Position numbers and translations under genes: made by a program | The notes under the pieces: model-generated | What the model was told of the DNA's origin: nothing | What the model saw: the letters and a program-made list of their open reading frames with translations, nothing else | The model's database searches: none | In this document: piece by piece, positions 55,336 to 64,000 of the stretch | Layout: each line of letters starts with the position of its first letter | Position numbering within the stretch: the first letter of the stretch is position 1 | NCBI GenBank assembly: GCA_964252075.1 | Contig: CAXULY010000017.1 | Coordinates: forward strand, 36,195-100,194 | Direction of reading: 5' to 3' | DNA: 64,000 nt | Source: an uncultured Deinococcaceae bacterium | GTDB taxonomy: Bacteria; Deinococcota; Deinococci; Deinococcales; Deinococcaceae

Positions 55336-56037
55336 GTGAGCCTCTCGCGTGATGAGTTGCGCCGTTACTCGCGGCAGCTGCTGCTCCCGGAGTTCGAGTC
55401 CGCGCAGGAGCGCCTGCGGGCGGCGCGCGTGCTGGTGGTGGGCCTGGGTGGCCTGGGAGCACCCGTCGTGCAGTTCCTGGCTGGGGCGGGTGTGGGCACG
55501 CTGCGCCTCTCGGACCCGGACGTGGTGGGCCTCTCGAACCTGCACCGTCAGACGACGTACGCGGAGGCGGACGTGGGGCGCGCCAAGACCGACGCGAGCG
55601 CCGCGTGGGTGGCGGCGCACAACGCGCACGTGACCACCGAGGTGGCGCCCGCGCTGACGCCCGGGAACGCCGCCGGGCTGCTGTCGGGCGTGACGCTCGC
55701 CGTGGACGCCACGGACAACTTCGAGGCGCGGTACGCGCTGTCGGACGCCTGCATGGCGGCGGGCGTGCCGCTGGTGTGGGGCGCCGCGGCGGGCACGGAA
55801 GGCATGGTGTCGGTGTTTCTGGACGGCCGGGGCCTGCGCGGGCTCTTCCCGGAGCCGCAGGGCGCGGAGGACTGCGCGACGCTGGGCGTGGTGGGGCCCC
55901 TCACGGGTGTGGTGGGGGCGGTCATGGCGACCGAGGCGCTCAAGGTGCTGGGTGGTGCGGGCGAGCCCCTGAGTGGCCGGATGTGGCTTTATGACGCGCT
56001 GAGCGGGCGCGCACGCATCATCCAGCTGAATGTTTGA
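55336..56037 (+). CDS. moeB: MoeB/ThiF-family adenylyltransferase
   Basis: RYSRQ; VGLGGLG; SNLHRQ; DATDNF..RY. Confidence 0.85.
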   Translation: MSLSRDELRRYSRQLLLPEFESAQERLRAARVLVVGLGGLGAPVVQFLAGAGVGTLRLSDPDVVGLSNLHRQTTYAEADVGRAKTDASAAWVAAHNAHVTTEVAPALTPGNAAGLLSGVTLAVDATDNFEARYALSDACMAAGVPLVWGAAAGTEGMVSVFLDGRGLRGLFPEPQGAEDCATLGVVGPLTGVVGAVMATEALKVLGGAGEPLSGRMWLYDALSGRARIIQLNV

Positions 56038-56227
56038 ACTTGGTACACGAAAAGCAGTTTCTCTGCGCTCTATACGCGTTTTTCCTGATGCATGAGAGCC
56101 GCTCGATTGCGATTTCATCGGTAGGACAGCGCCTGGAGCGGAAAAAACAGTTCTCATGGAAGCTCAAGTGTGGTACGGTGGCCTTGAGCGGGCCATCCGC
56201 TCGAAATCCACCTCTGGAGGGACCCAT

Positions 56228-56587
56228 ATGGCCAAGAGCACCAAGCCCGCGAAGGCCGCCGCGAAGCCCGCCGCCGCAGCGAAAGCTGCCCCGGCGAAGG
56301 CGGAGAAGGCCGAGAAGATCGCCAAGACCCAGATCATCGACCTGGTGTCGGACAAGACGACCCTCACCAAGAAGCAGTCGTCCGAAGCGGTCGCCGCGAT
56401 GCTGGACGTCGTGGTGTCCTCGCTGCGCCAGGGCCAGAGCGTCGGCCTGCCTGGCCTGGGGACCTTCAGCGTCGCGAACACTGCCTCGCGCACCGGCGTG
56501 CGCCCCGGCACCAACCAGAAGATCACCATTCCGGCGGGCAAGAAGGTCCGCTTCAAGGTCGCCAGCACCCTCAAAGCTGGCCTCTGA
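56228..56587 (+). CDS. hup: HU nucleoid protein with an N-terminal Ala/Lys/Pro tail
   Basis: [25 protein letters not shown]. Confidence 0.95.
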   Translation: MAKSTKPAKAAAKPAAAAKAAPAKAEKAEKIAKTQIIDLVSDKTTLTKKQSSEAVAAMLDVVVSSLRQGQSVGLPGLGTFSVANTASRTGVRPGTNQKITIPAGKKVRFKVASTLKAGL

Positions 56588-56605
56588 GCCCACACCCAGA
56601 GCATC

Positions 56606-56635
56606 AGGCGCCCCGCATGCACGCGGGGCGCCTTT
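56606..56635 (+). terminator. Terminator after hup
   Basis: aggcgccccgc/gcggggcgcct hairpin followed by tt. Confidence 0.8.
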
Positions 56636-56796
56636 CTGCTGGTGCGCGGCTGCTACAGTTGAGCCGTTCCGCTCCCAGCAAAATGGCGGGGCGGCACAAT
56701 GGCGGCCAGGCGACAAGCTTAAGAATAACCACAGGTGAGATTCACGGCTCCAGCCCCCCCGAAACGCTAGGTTAAGCTCGGCCTTAAAGGAGACTT

Positions 56797-57699
<903 letters not shown>

Positions 57700-57796
57700 G
57701 GCGTGAGGCGGGGGCGGGCGTCGGGACGCAACCGGCGCTCGCCCCGTTGAGCTTCGGTGGCGGCGTGGACGTCCGGGCACCGGGATGGGGGCCAGC

Positions 57797-58969
57797 ATGA
57801 CCCGAGCGACGAACATCAACCTGCGCAGGGCCCGCCCGGTGCTCGCGGACGGGCGGGTGGTGTGGCTGGGCGCCGCGCTGCTCCTTCTTGGCGGGCTGCT
57901 GCCGTGGGTGAGCCTCAAGGCCAACCGCCTGGCGCCCGGCCAGGCCCTGCACCCGTGGCCTGCGCTGGAAGTCGGGCTGCTCGCGGTGGCGGTGCTGCTG
58001 ACGCTGCTCGCGCGGCGGCCCGCGTGGGCGACCGTGGCGGCCACGGCGGCGTTGCTGGGCGGCCTGGCGGCGCTCGGCGCGCTGTGCGCGGGCACGCTGG
58101 CGGGCGCCCTGCCCATCGCGCGCGCCGGCGCGAGCGGCGGGTTCTGGCTGTGGATGACGGGCGCGGCGGTCGCCCTGAGTGGCGCCGCCGCCGGGCTCGG
58201 CGCGCGCCAGCGCGCGCTGGCGTGGCTGTGGCTGCCGGGCCTGCTGGTCCTGTTGCTGACCGGCAGCCTGAACGCCTGGTCGGTGCTGGTGGAGGGCCGC
58301 GCGGAGGGGCCGCGGCTGCTGCAGGAGTTCGGCACGCACGTCACGCTGGTGCTGGTGGGCCTGGGGCTCGCGCTCGTCATTGGGGCGCCGCTGGCGGTGT
58401 GGGCGGCGGGCCGCGCGCGCGTGGCGGGCGTGGTGCTGGGCCTCGCGAACGGCGTGCAGACCATCCCCAGCCTCGCCATGCTGGGCCTCATGATCGCGCC
58501 GCTCGCCGCGCTGGGCGCCGCCGTGCCGTGGCTGCGCGCGGTGGGCGTGAAGGGCATCGGGACGGCGCCCGCGCTGGTGGCCCTCACCCTGTACGCGCTG
58601 CTGCCCGTCCTGCGCAACGGCGTGGTGGCGCTGCGCGCCGTGAGTCCTGGCGTGCTGGACGCCGCGCGCGGCATGGGCATGACGGAATCCCAGCGCTTCT
58701 GGCGGGTGGCGCTGCCGCTCGCGCTGCCCGTGTGGCTCTCGGGCGTGCGGCAGGCGTTCGTGCTGCTGGTCGGCGTGACGAGCGTCGCTGCCCTTATCGG
58801 GGCGGGCGGGCTGGGCGTGTACATCTTCCGGGGCCTGCAGAACGCCACGCCGGACCTGATCCTGCTGGGCGCCCTTCCCGCCTGCGCGCTGGCCCTCACC
58901 GGGGACGGGCTGCTGCGCGCGCTGGAGGGCGCCCTGAACCGCCGGTACGGCACCGGAGAGCGCCCATGA
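57797..58969 (+). CDS. Osmoprotectant ABC permease (YehY-like)
   Basis: QTIPSLA; DAARGMGM EAA loop. Confidence 0.9.
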   Translation: MTRATNINLRRARPVLADGRVVWLGAALLLLGGLLPWVSLKANRLAPGQALHPWPALEVGLLAVAVLLTLLARRPAWATVAATAALLGGLAALGALCAGTLAGALPIARAGASGGFWLWMTGAAVALSGAAAGLGARQRALAWLWLPGLLVLLLTGSLNAWSVLVEGRAEGPRLLQEFGTHVTLVLVGLGLALVIGAPLAVWAAGRARVAGVVLGLANGVQTIPSLAMLGLMIAPLAALGAAVPWLRAVGVKGIGTAPALVALTLYALLPVLRNGVVALRAVSPGVLDAARGMGMTESQRFWRVALPLALPVWLSGVRQAFVLLVGVTSVAALIGAGGLGVYIFRGLQNATPDLILLGALPACALALTGDGLLRALEGALNRRYGTGERP

Positions 58970-58979
58970 GTGAGGCAGC

Positions 58980-59900
58980 ATGATTGAAACCCAGCACCTG
59001 GAGAAACGCTACGGCGACCGCTTCGCGGTGCGCGACCTGAACATCAGCTTCCCGGACGGCGCCATCACGGCGCTGCTGGGGCCGTCCGGCTGCGGGAAGA
59101 CCACCACGCTGCGCATGATCAACCGCCTGATCGAGCCGTCCGGCGGCAAGGTGCTCCTGAACGGTCAGGACACCCGTGAGCTGCGCCCGGAGGTCCTGCG
59201 GCGCGGCATCGGGTACGTGATTCAGCAGATCGGGCTCTTCCCGCACCGCACGGTCGCGCAGAACGTCGCGACCGTGCCGGAACTCATGAACTGGCCGCGC
59301 GCGCGCGTGCAGGCGCGCGTGGACGAACTGCTGGCCCTGGTGGGGCTAGAGCCGCGCCTGTACGCGAACAAGCGCCCCTCGGAGCTGTCCGGTGGGCAGG
59401 CGCAGCGGGTGGGCGTGGCGCGCGCCCTGGCCGCCGACCCGCCCGTGCTGCTGATGGACGAACCCTTCGGGGCGCTGGACCCCATCGCGCGCGAACGGCT
59501 GCAGGCGGCGTTCCTGGACATCCAGCGCACCCTGAAGAAGACCGTCGTGATGGTCACGCACGACATTGACGAGGCGCTGCGGCTGGGCGAGCGGGTGGCG
59601 CTCATGAACGAGGGGCGGCTGGTGCAGTTCGGCCCGCCGCGCGAACTGGTGCGCGAGCCCGCCAGTGACTTCGTGCGGCAGTTCCTGGGCGAGGACGCGT
59701 GGTTGCGTGAACTCGCGGGTTTCCGCGCGGGCCAGCTGGCGCGGCCCGGCGATGCGGGCGGCCTGCCGCGCGTGGACGCGAACCTCGACGCGCGCAGTGC
59801 GCTGGCCGTCATGCTGCGCGAGGGCCGCGAGGCGGTCGCCGTGGTGGAGAACGGCGCGCCACGCGGCGTGCTGTCCCTCGCGGACCTGCGGGGCGCCTGA
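58980..59900 (+). CDS. Osmoprotectant ABC ATPase (YehX-like)
   Basis: GPSGCGKTT; LSGGQAQR; MDEPFGALD. Confidence 0.93.
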   Translation: MIETQHLEKRYGDRFAVRDLNISFPDGAITALLGPSGCGKTTTLRMINRLIEPSGGKVLLNGQDTRELRPEVLRRGIGYVIQQIGLFPHRTVAQNVATVPELMNWPRARVQARVDELLALVGLEPRLYANKRPSELSGGQAQRVGVARALAADPPVLLMDEPFGALDPIARERLQAAFLDIQRTLKKTVVMVTHDIDEALRLGERVALMNEGRLVQFGPPRELVREPASDFVRQFLGEDAWLRELAGFRAGQLARPGDAGGLPRVDANLDARSALAVMLREGREAVAVVENGAPRGVLSLADLRGA

Positions 59901-60637
59901 TGACCGCCCTCCGGGCACCGCGGCGCCCGCGCTCCCCCTTCCCGTGGTGGGCGCTGTGGCCCGCGCTGCTGCTCGTCAGCCTCTGGCCGGGCCTGCTGAA
60001 CCGCGCGGTGGCGCCCCTCGCGGGCGGCACGCCACCGCCGCTGGACACGCCGCTGTGGCGCCTCACGCTGGATCACCTGGGCCTCGTGCTGCTCGCGGAG
60101 CTGATCGTGCTGGCGGTCGGCGTGCCGGTCGCCATCCTGGTGACGCGCGCGGGCAACCAGGCCTTCCTGCGCCTCTCCGAAACCCTCGCGGGCCTGGGAC
60201 AGACAGTGCCGACACTGGCGATCCTGGCGCTCGCGGTGCCCGCCCTGGGGTACGGCGTGAGGCCCGCCCTGCTGGGCCTCGCGCTGTACGGCCTGGTGCC
60301 GGTGGTGTCGAACGGCATCGCCGGCCTGTCCGGCGTGGACCGCTCGGTGCTGGACGCGGCGCGCGGCATGGGCATGGGCGGCGCGCAGCGCCTCGCGCGG
60401 GTGGAGTTGCCACTGGCGCTCCCGGTGTGGCTGGCGGGCCTGCGCACCAGCGTGGTGTACAACGTCGGGACGGCCACCATCGGCGCAGCGCTCGGCGCGG
60501 GCGGGCTGGGCGACCCGATCATCAACGGGCTGTCGCAGCAGAACACCGCGCTGGTGCTGATGGGCGCGCTCGCCGCGGCGCTGCTGGCGCTCAGCCTGGA
60601 CGCACTGCTGGGCCTCCTTACCCGCCGCGAGGACTGA
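59900..60637 (+). CDS. Osmoprotectant ABC permease (YehW-like)
   Basis: GQTVP.LA; DAARGMGM; VELPLA. Confidence 0.9.
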   Translation: MTALRAPRRPRSPFPWWALWPALLLVSLWPGLLNRAVAPLAGGTPPPLDTPLWRLTLDHLGLVLLAELIVLAVGVPVAILVTRAGNQAFLRLSETLAGLGQTVPTLAILALAVPALGYGVRPALLGLALYGLVPVVSNGIAGLSGVDRSVLDAARGMGMGGAQRLARVELPLALPVWLAGLRTSVVYNVGTATIGAALGAGGLGDPIINGLSQQNTALVLMGALAAALLALSLDALLGLLTRRED

Positions 60638-60796
60638 GCGGACCAGAGGACCTGGGCGGGGGCCGCCGGATCAAGCAGCGCGTCTGGGCGCCTTGAACGC
60701 TTTCTGGTGACACCGATGCCTGGAAATTTTGGGCTGATCAGGAGACGGCCATCCTGAGGTCAACGGACCACCAACTTACAACGTGTATTTGCACAT

Positions 60797-60806
60797 ATGA
60801 TATCAT
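60797..60806. promoter_or_regulatory. Palindromic operator candidate ATGATATCAT
   Basis: Perfect 10-bp AT-rich palindrome just upstream of the SPFH-RHH genes. Confidence 0.55.
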
Positions 60807-60823
60807 TCTGATTGGAGGTTGAT

Positions 60824-61672
60824 ATGGAAACCAGAGAGCGGGCGGCGTTCGCCCTGCCGGGCGCCCTGATGTTCCTCGTGTGGGTGGTGCTGGTCGCCCT
60901 GACCGTGTGGTCGTTCACCGCAGCGAACTTGGTGCTGGCGGTGCTGTTCGGCCTGCTGGCCCTCATCACGCTGACCGGCTTTTTCATCGTGCAACCCAAC
61001 CAGTCGTCGGTGCTTACACTCTTCGGCCGGTACGTCGGCACCGTACGCAGAAACGGCTGGTTCTGGACCAACCCCCTCACCAGCAAGGCGGGCGTGTCGC
61101 TGCGCATCCGCAACTTTAACAGCGAGCGCCTCAAGGTGAACGACGCCAGCGGCAACCCCATCGAGATCGCGGCGGTCATCGTGTGGCGCGTCGTGGACAC
61201 CGCGCGCGCCCTGTTCGACGTCGAGAACTACACGGGCTTCGTGAGCATCCAGGCGGAAACGGCGCTGCGCCACCTCGCCGCGCAATTCCCGTATGACGAG
61301 CACGACGGCGTGGGGCCCAGCCTGCGCGGCGACCCGGACCGCGTCGCGGAAGCGCTCGTGGTGGAGCTTTCCTCGCGCCTCACGCACGCGGGCGTGGAGG
61401 TGCTCGAGGCGCGACTCTCGCACCTCGCGTACGCGCCCGAGATCGCGGGGGCCATGCTGCAGCGCCAGCAGGCGGCGGCCATCGTGGCGGCGCGCGCGAA
61501 GATCGTGGAGGGCGCCGTCGGCATGGTGCGCGAGGCGCTGATCATGCTGAGCGACCAGCAGATCGTGGAGCTCGACGAGGAACGCAAGGCGCACATGGTC
61601 AGCAACCTGCTGGTCGTGCTGACCAGCGAGCGCGGCAGCCAGCCCATCGTGAACGCCGGGAGCCTGTATTGA
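60824..61672 (+). CDS. SPFH/band-7 membrane protein
   Basis: Two TMs; [32 protein letters not shown]. Confidence 0.92.
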   Translation: METRERAAFALPGALMFLVWVVLVALTVWSFTAANLVLAVLFGLLALITLTGFFIVQPNQSSVLTLFGRYVGTVRRNGWFWTNPLTSKAGVSLRIRNFNSERLKVNDASGNPIEIAAVIVWRVVDTARALFDVENYTGFVSIQAETALRHLAAQFPYDEHDGVGPSLRGDPDRVAEALVVELSSRLTHAGVEVLEARLSHLAYAPEIAGAMLQRQQAAAIVAARAKIVEGAVGMVREALIMLSDQQIVELDEERKAHMVSNLLVVLTSERGSQPIVNAGSLY

Positions 61673-61729
61673 GCGGCAGGTGCACCCGGACCCGCACGCC
61701 GAACACCCTCCTCACTGCGCCTGACCACC

Positions 61730-61963
61730 ATGCCGCCTGAACGAGAAGACCGCAAACCCGTGCCCCGCAAGCACTTCGCTCTGCGCCTCAGCCCGCGCCT
61801 GTACGCGACGCTGGAACGCTGGGCGGCGGATGAACTGCGCAGCGTGAACGCCCAGATCGAGTACCTGCTGACCGAGGCGGTGGTCCGGGCGGGCCGCGGG
61901 CGTGAGGAAGGTGACGCGGGTGTGGAGGGAGCCACAAGGCACCCGCCGGGGCCTGACTCCTAG
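61730..61963 (+). CDS. Arc-like ribbon-helix-helix protein
   Basis: [28 protein letters not shown]. Confidence 0.85.
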   Translation: MPPEREDRKPVPRKHFALRLSPRLYATLERWAADELRSVNAQIEYLLTEAVVRAGRGREEGDAGVEGATRHPPGPDS

Positions 61964-61985
61964 ACTGAGGGCACAGGAGGCAAGC

Positions 61986-62291
61986 ATGGACCTCACACAA
62001 GCCCAGACGGGCATGCCCGTCACGAATGCCCAGAGCGACACCATCGGTGAAGTGATCTCCAGCAGTGCCGATTACCTGCACATCCGCACCCCGGAAGGTG
62101 AACGCTGGGTGCCGGCCAACATGGTGGAGCACATCACCGAGCAGGTGCGCGTGCTGGAACCCGGCGACGCCCTCTCACAGCGCTGGCTGGCGCAGGACCC
62201 CACCAGCTACCAGGATCAGGTGGTGGACGAAGCCATCTCGGAGTCCTTCCCCGCGAGCGACCCGCCGTCCTTCACCCCAGAGAAAGGCTGA
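61986..62291 (+). CDS. Hypothetical protein: PRC-barrel-like N-terminus plus ESFPASDPP motif
   Basis: AGGAGG RBS; GMPV......IGEV; DEAISESFPASDPPSF. Confidence 0.75.
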   Translation: MDLTQAQTGMPVTNAQSDTIGEVISSSADYLHIRTPEGERWVPANMVEHITEQVRVLEPGDALSQRWLAQDPTSYQDQVVDEAISESFPASDPPSFTPEKG

Positions 62292-62556
62292 GCGGAAGTT
62301 GAGAGGCGCGTGGCGAACACGTTCAGTGCATGAGAGCAGCGGCGACCATCTCATGAAGGCCTTGGTAAGCTGGGCGCATGTCCGCACACGGAAGACTTCC
62401 TAACCTTCCCGAGCGACACAACCCGCAAGCACTGACCCTCACGTTCTCCCAGTGACCGCCCACACGGCCCAGCCCACCCGCTGGGCCGTGCGTCTTTGGT
62501 CGCGCCCAGCGGAGCCGCCGCACCTGCGGCCCCGAACGCCTCATGAGGTGGGACAA

Positions 62557-63057
62557 GTGAAGAAGCTCGCCTACAGACCCGGTGATCGCGTTGTGCTGCC
62601 CCCTTACGGCATCGGCATCATCAGCGGCATCAGCACCCGAAACGTGGAGAGTGCGCTGCTCTCGTACTACCAGGTGGACTTCCCGAACACCACTTCCCGC
62701 GCCTTCGTGCCCGTCGACGCCCAGGGCGCCGGCCTGCGCCCCGCGCTGACCCGTCAGGACATGCCGAAGCTGCTGCACACCCTGCAGTCCGGCTGCATGA
62801 ACCTTCCGCGGCAGTGGTCCGCCCGGCACCGCCGCGTCACCGAGATCCTCGTGAGCGGCGACCCCTTCGAGCTGGCCTCGCTGGCGAGCGAGTTCCGGCG
62901 CTGGCACAGCGAGCGCGGCCTGCCCGACCTTGACCGGCAGGCGTACCGCCGCGCCCTCAAACTGCTGGATCAGGAAGTGCGCGGCCTCGCCGAGGGCGAA
63001 GACGTGACGCGCGTGTGCGCGCTGCTGGACGGCGCCTGGAACGAAACCAGCAACTGA
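62557..63057 (+). CDS. carD: CarD/CdnL-family RNA polymerase-binding factor
   Basis: RPGDRVVLPPYGIG; LPRQW (wedge Trp); LPDLDRQAY. Confidence 0.88.
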   Translation: MKKLAYRPGDRVVLPPYGIGIISGISTRNVESALLSYYQVDFPNTTSRAFVPVDAQGAGLRPALTRQDMPKLLHTLQSGCMNLPRQWSARHRRVTEILVSGDPFELASLASEFRRWHSERGLPDLDRQAYRRALKLLDQEVRGLAEGEDVTRVCALLDGAWNETSN

Positions 63058-63064
63058 AGGAAGC

Positions 63065-63107
63065 AGCGGAGGGGCGGCGCCAGACAACCCGGCGCCGCCC
63101 CTCCGCT
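63065..63107. terminator. 17-bp hairpin between convergent genes
   Basis: agcggaggggcggcgcc/ggcgccgcccctccgct. Confidence 0.8.
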
Positions 63108-63111
63108 CCCG

Positions 63112-63516
63112 TTATATCTCCCCGGTCAGCAACCCCAGGATGTCCGCGGGCAGGCTCACCACCCGGTACGCGTGGTCCGTGACGACGTGCTGCGTGCGGC
63201 CCGTCGCGAGCAGTTCCCCGGTCTCACCGTCACCGCGCGTCAGGCGGTACTCGAAGACCACGCGGCGGCTCCGCGCCTCCGCCACCCCGGTGTGCAGCCA
63301 CAGCAGTTCGTCGTAGCGGGCCGCGCGGCGGTACTGCACCTCCAGCCCGGAGAGCATCAGGTAGTACCCGCGCGCCTCAATGTCCGCGTACCCGAGTCCG
63401 CGCGCGCGCATCAGGTCGCTGCGCCCCAGCTCGAACCACACCGGGTAGTTGGCGTGGTGCGCGACCCCCATCTGGTCCGTCTCGGCGTAACGCACCCGGA
63501 TCTGGGTGACGCTCAA
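63112..63516 (-). CDS. YbgC/FadM-family acyl-CoA thioesterase
   Basis: [23 protein letters not shown]. Confidence 0.92.
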   Translation of the reverse strand: MSVTQIRVRYAETDQMGVAHHANYPVWFELGRSDLMRARGLGYADIEARGYYLMLSGLEVQYRRAARYDELLWLHTGVAEARSRRVVFEYRLTRGDGETGELLATGRTQHVVTDHAYRVVSLPADILGLLTGEI

Positions 63517-63797
63517 AACGGCGCCTCGCCCGCCGGGTAGAACTCCAGCACGGGTGTGCGGCGCAACTTCAGGCTGTGCGCCACCTCGCGCTGCAGGCGC
63601 CCCCGCGCGTGCTCCAGCGCCGCCAGCAGACCATCCACGTCCCCGAGGGCGCTCACGTACACCCGCGCGAGCCCGTAATCCGGTGTGACCGTCACGCGCT
63701 CCACCGTCACGACCAGCGGCACGCGCGGGTCCCCGAGCTCCGCGATGGACGACGACAGCAGCCGCGCGAGTTGCGCTTCCACCTGACGCGGCTTCAC
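63513..63797 (-). CDS. rbfA: Ribosome-binding factor A
   Basis: DPR..VTV..V.VTPD...ARVYVS; LRRTP.L.F. Confidence 0.93.
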   Translation of the reverse strand: MKPRQVEAQLARLLSSSIAELGDPRVPLVVTVERVTVTPDYGLARVYVSALGDVDGLLAALEHARGRLQREVAHSLKLRRTPVLEFYPAGEAPF

Positions 63798-63810
63798 GAG
63801 CGCCCCCAGC

Positions 63811-64000
63811 TCACGCCGTCGCCTGCGCCCGCGCCTCGATCACGGCGACCAGTTCGCGTGAGATCTCACGGATTTCGGCCTCGTCCTGGCCCTCCACCAT
63901 GACGCGCACAAGGTTCTCCGTGCCGCTCGGCCTTAAGTTCACGCGCCCGCGCCCCTCCAGGCGCGCCTCCGCACTCCCCAGGGCCGCCAGCACCGACGGA
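63811..64000 (-). CDS. glmM: Phosphoglucosamine mutase, C-terminal part (truncated by the window edge)
   Basis: [20 protein letters not shown]. Confidence 0.85.
   Translation of the reverse strand, partial: PSVLAALGSAEARLEGRGRVNLRPSGTENLVRVMVEGQDEAEIREISRELVAVIEARAQATA

Noticed and set aside
56640..56796. c-di-AMP riboswitch before the osmoprotectant ABC operon
   Set aside because: No ydaO consensus elements visible

Overview
A very GC-rich chromosomal window from a Deinococcus-type bacterium (inferred from HU with an Ala/Lys/Pro tail, Thermus/Deinococcus-type CarD and bc complex, YpdA, and many apparently leaderless genes). About 70 CDS are supportable. I saw no rRNA, tRNA, CRISPR array, IS or prophage. 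Housekeeping blocks: cytochrome c-Rieske-cytochrome b, two convergent corA, xseAB, rplU-rpmA-obgE-yqeK-LCP-rsfS-rpoZ, coaBC-argR, hup, carD and glmM-rbfA. These flank a nitrogen-scavenging and accessory region containing: a guanidine-III riboswitch with Gdx; a 16-kb complete purine degradation cluster ending in a plant-type ureidoglycolate amidohydrolase; aguAB; an osmoprotectant ABC transporter; and two orphan paralogous peptide-binding proteins. The best candidate for an undescribed system is a split six-gene minus-strand biosynthetic cluster (ATP-grasp, extended SDR, MBL hydrolase, F390-like adenylating enzyme, GNAT/Fem-like protein, FabH-like KAS III). Candidate translationally coupled leader peptides precede xdhA, allB and corA. 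All calls come from motif recognition by eye, and no searches were run.
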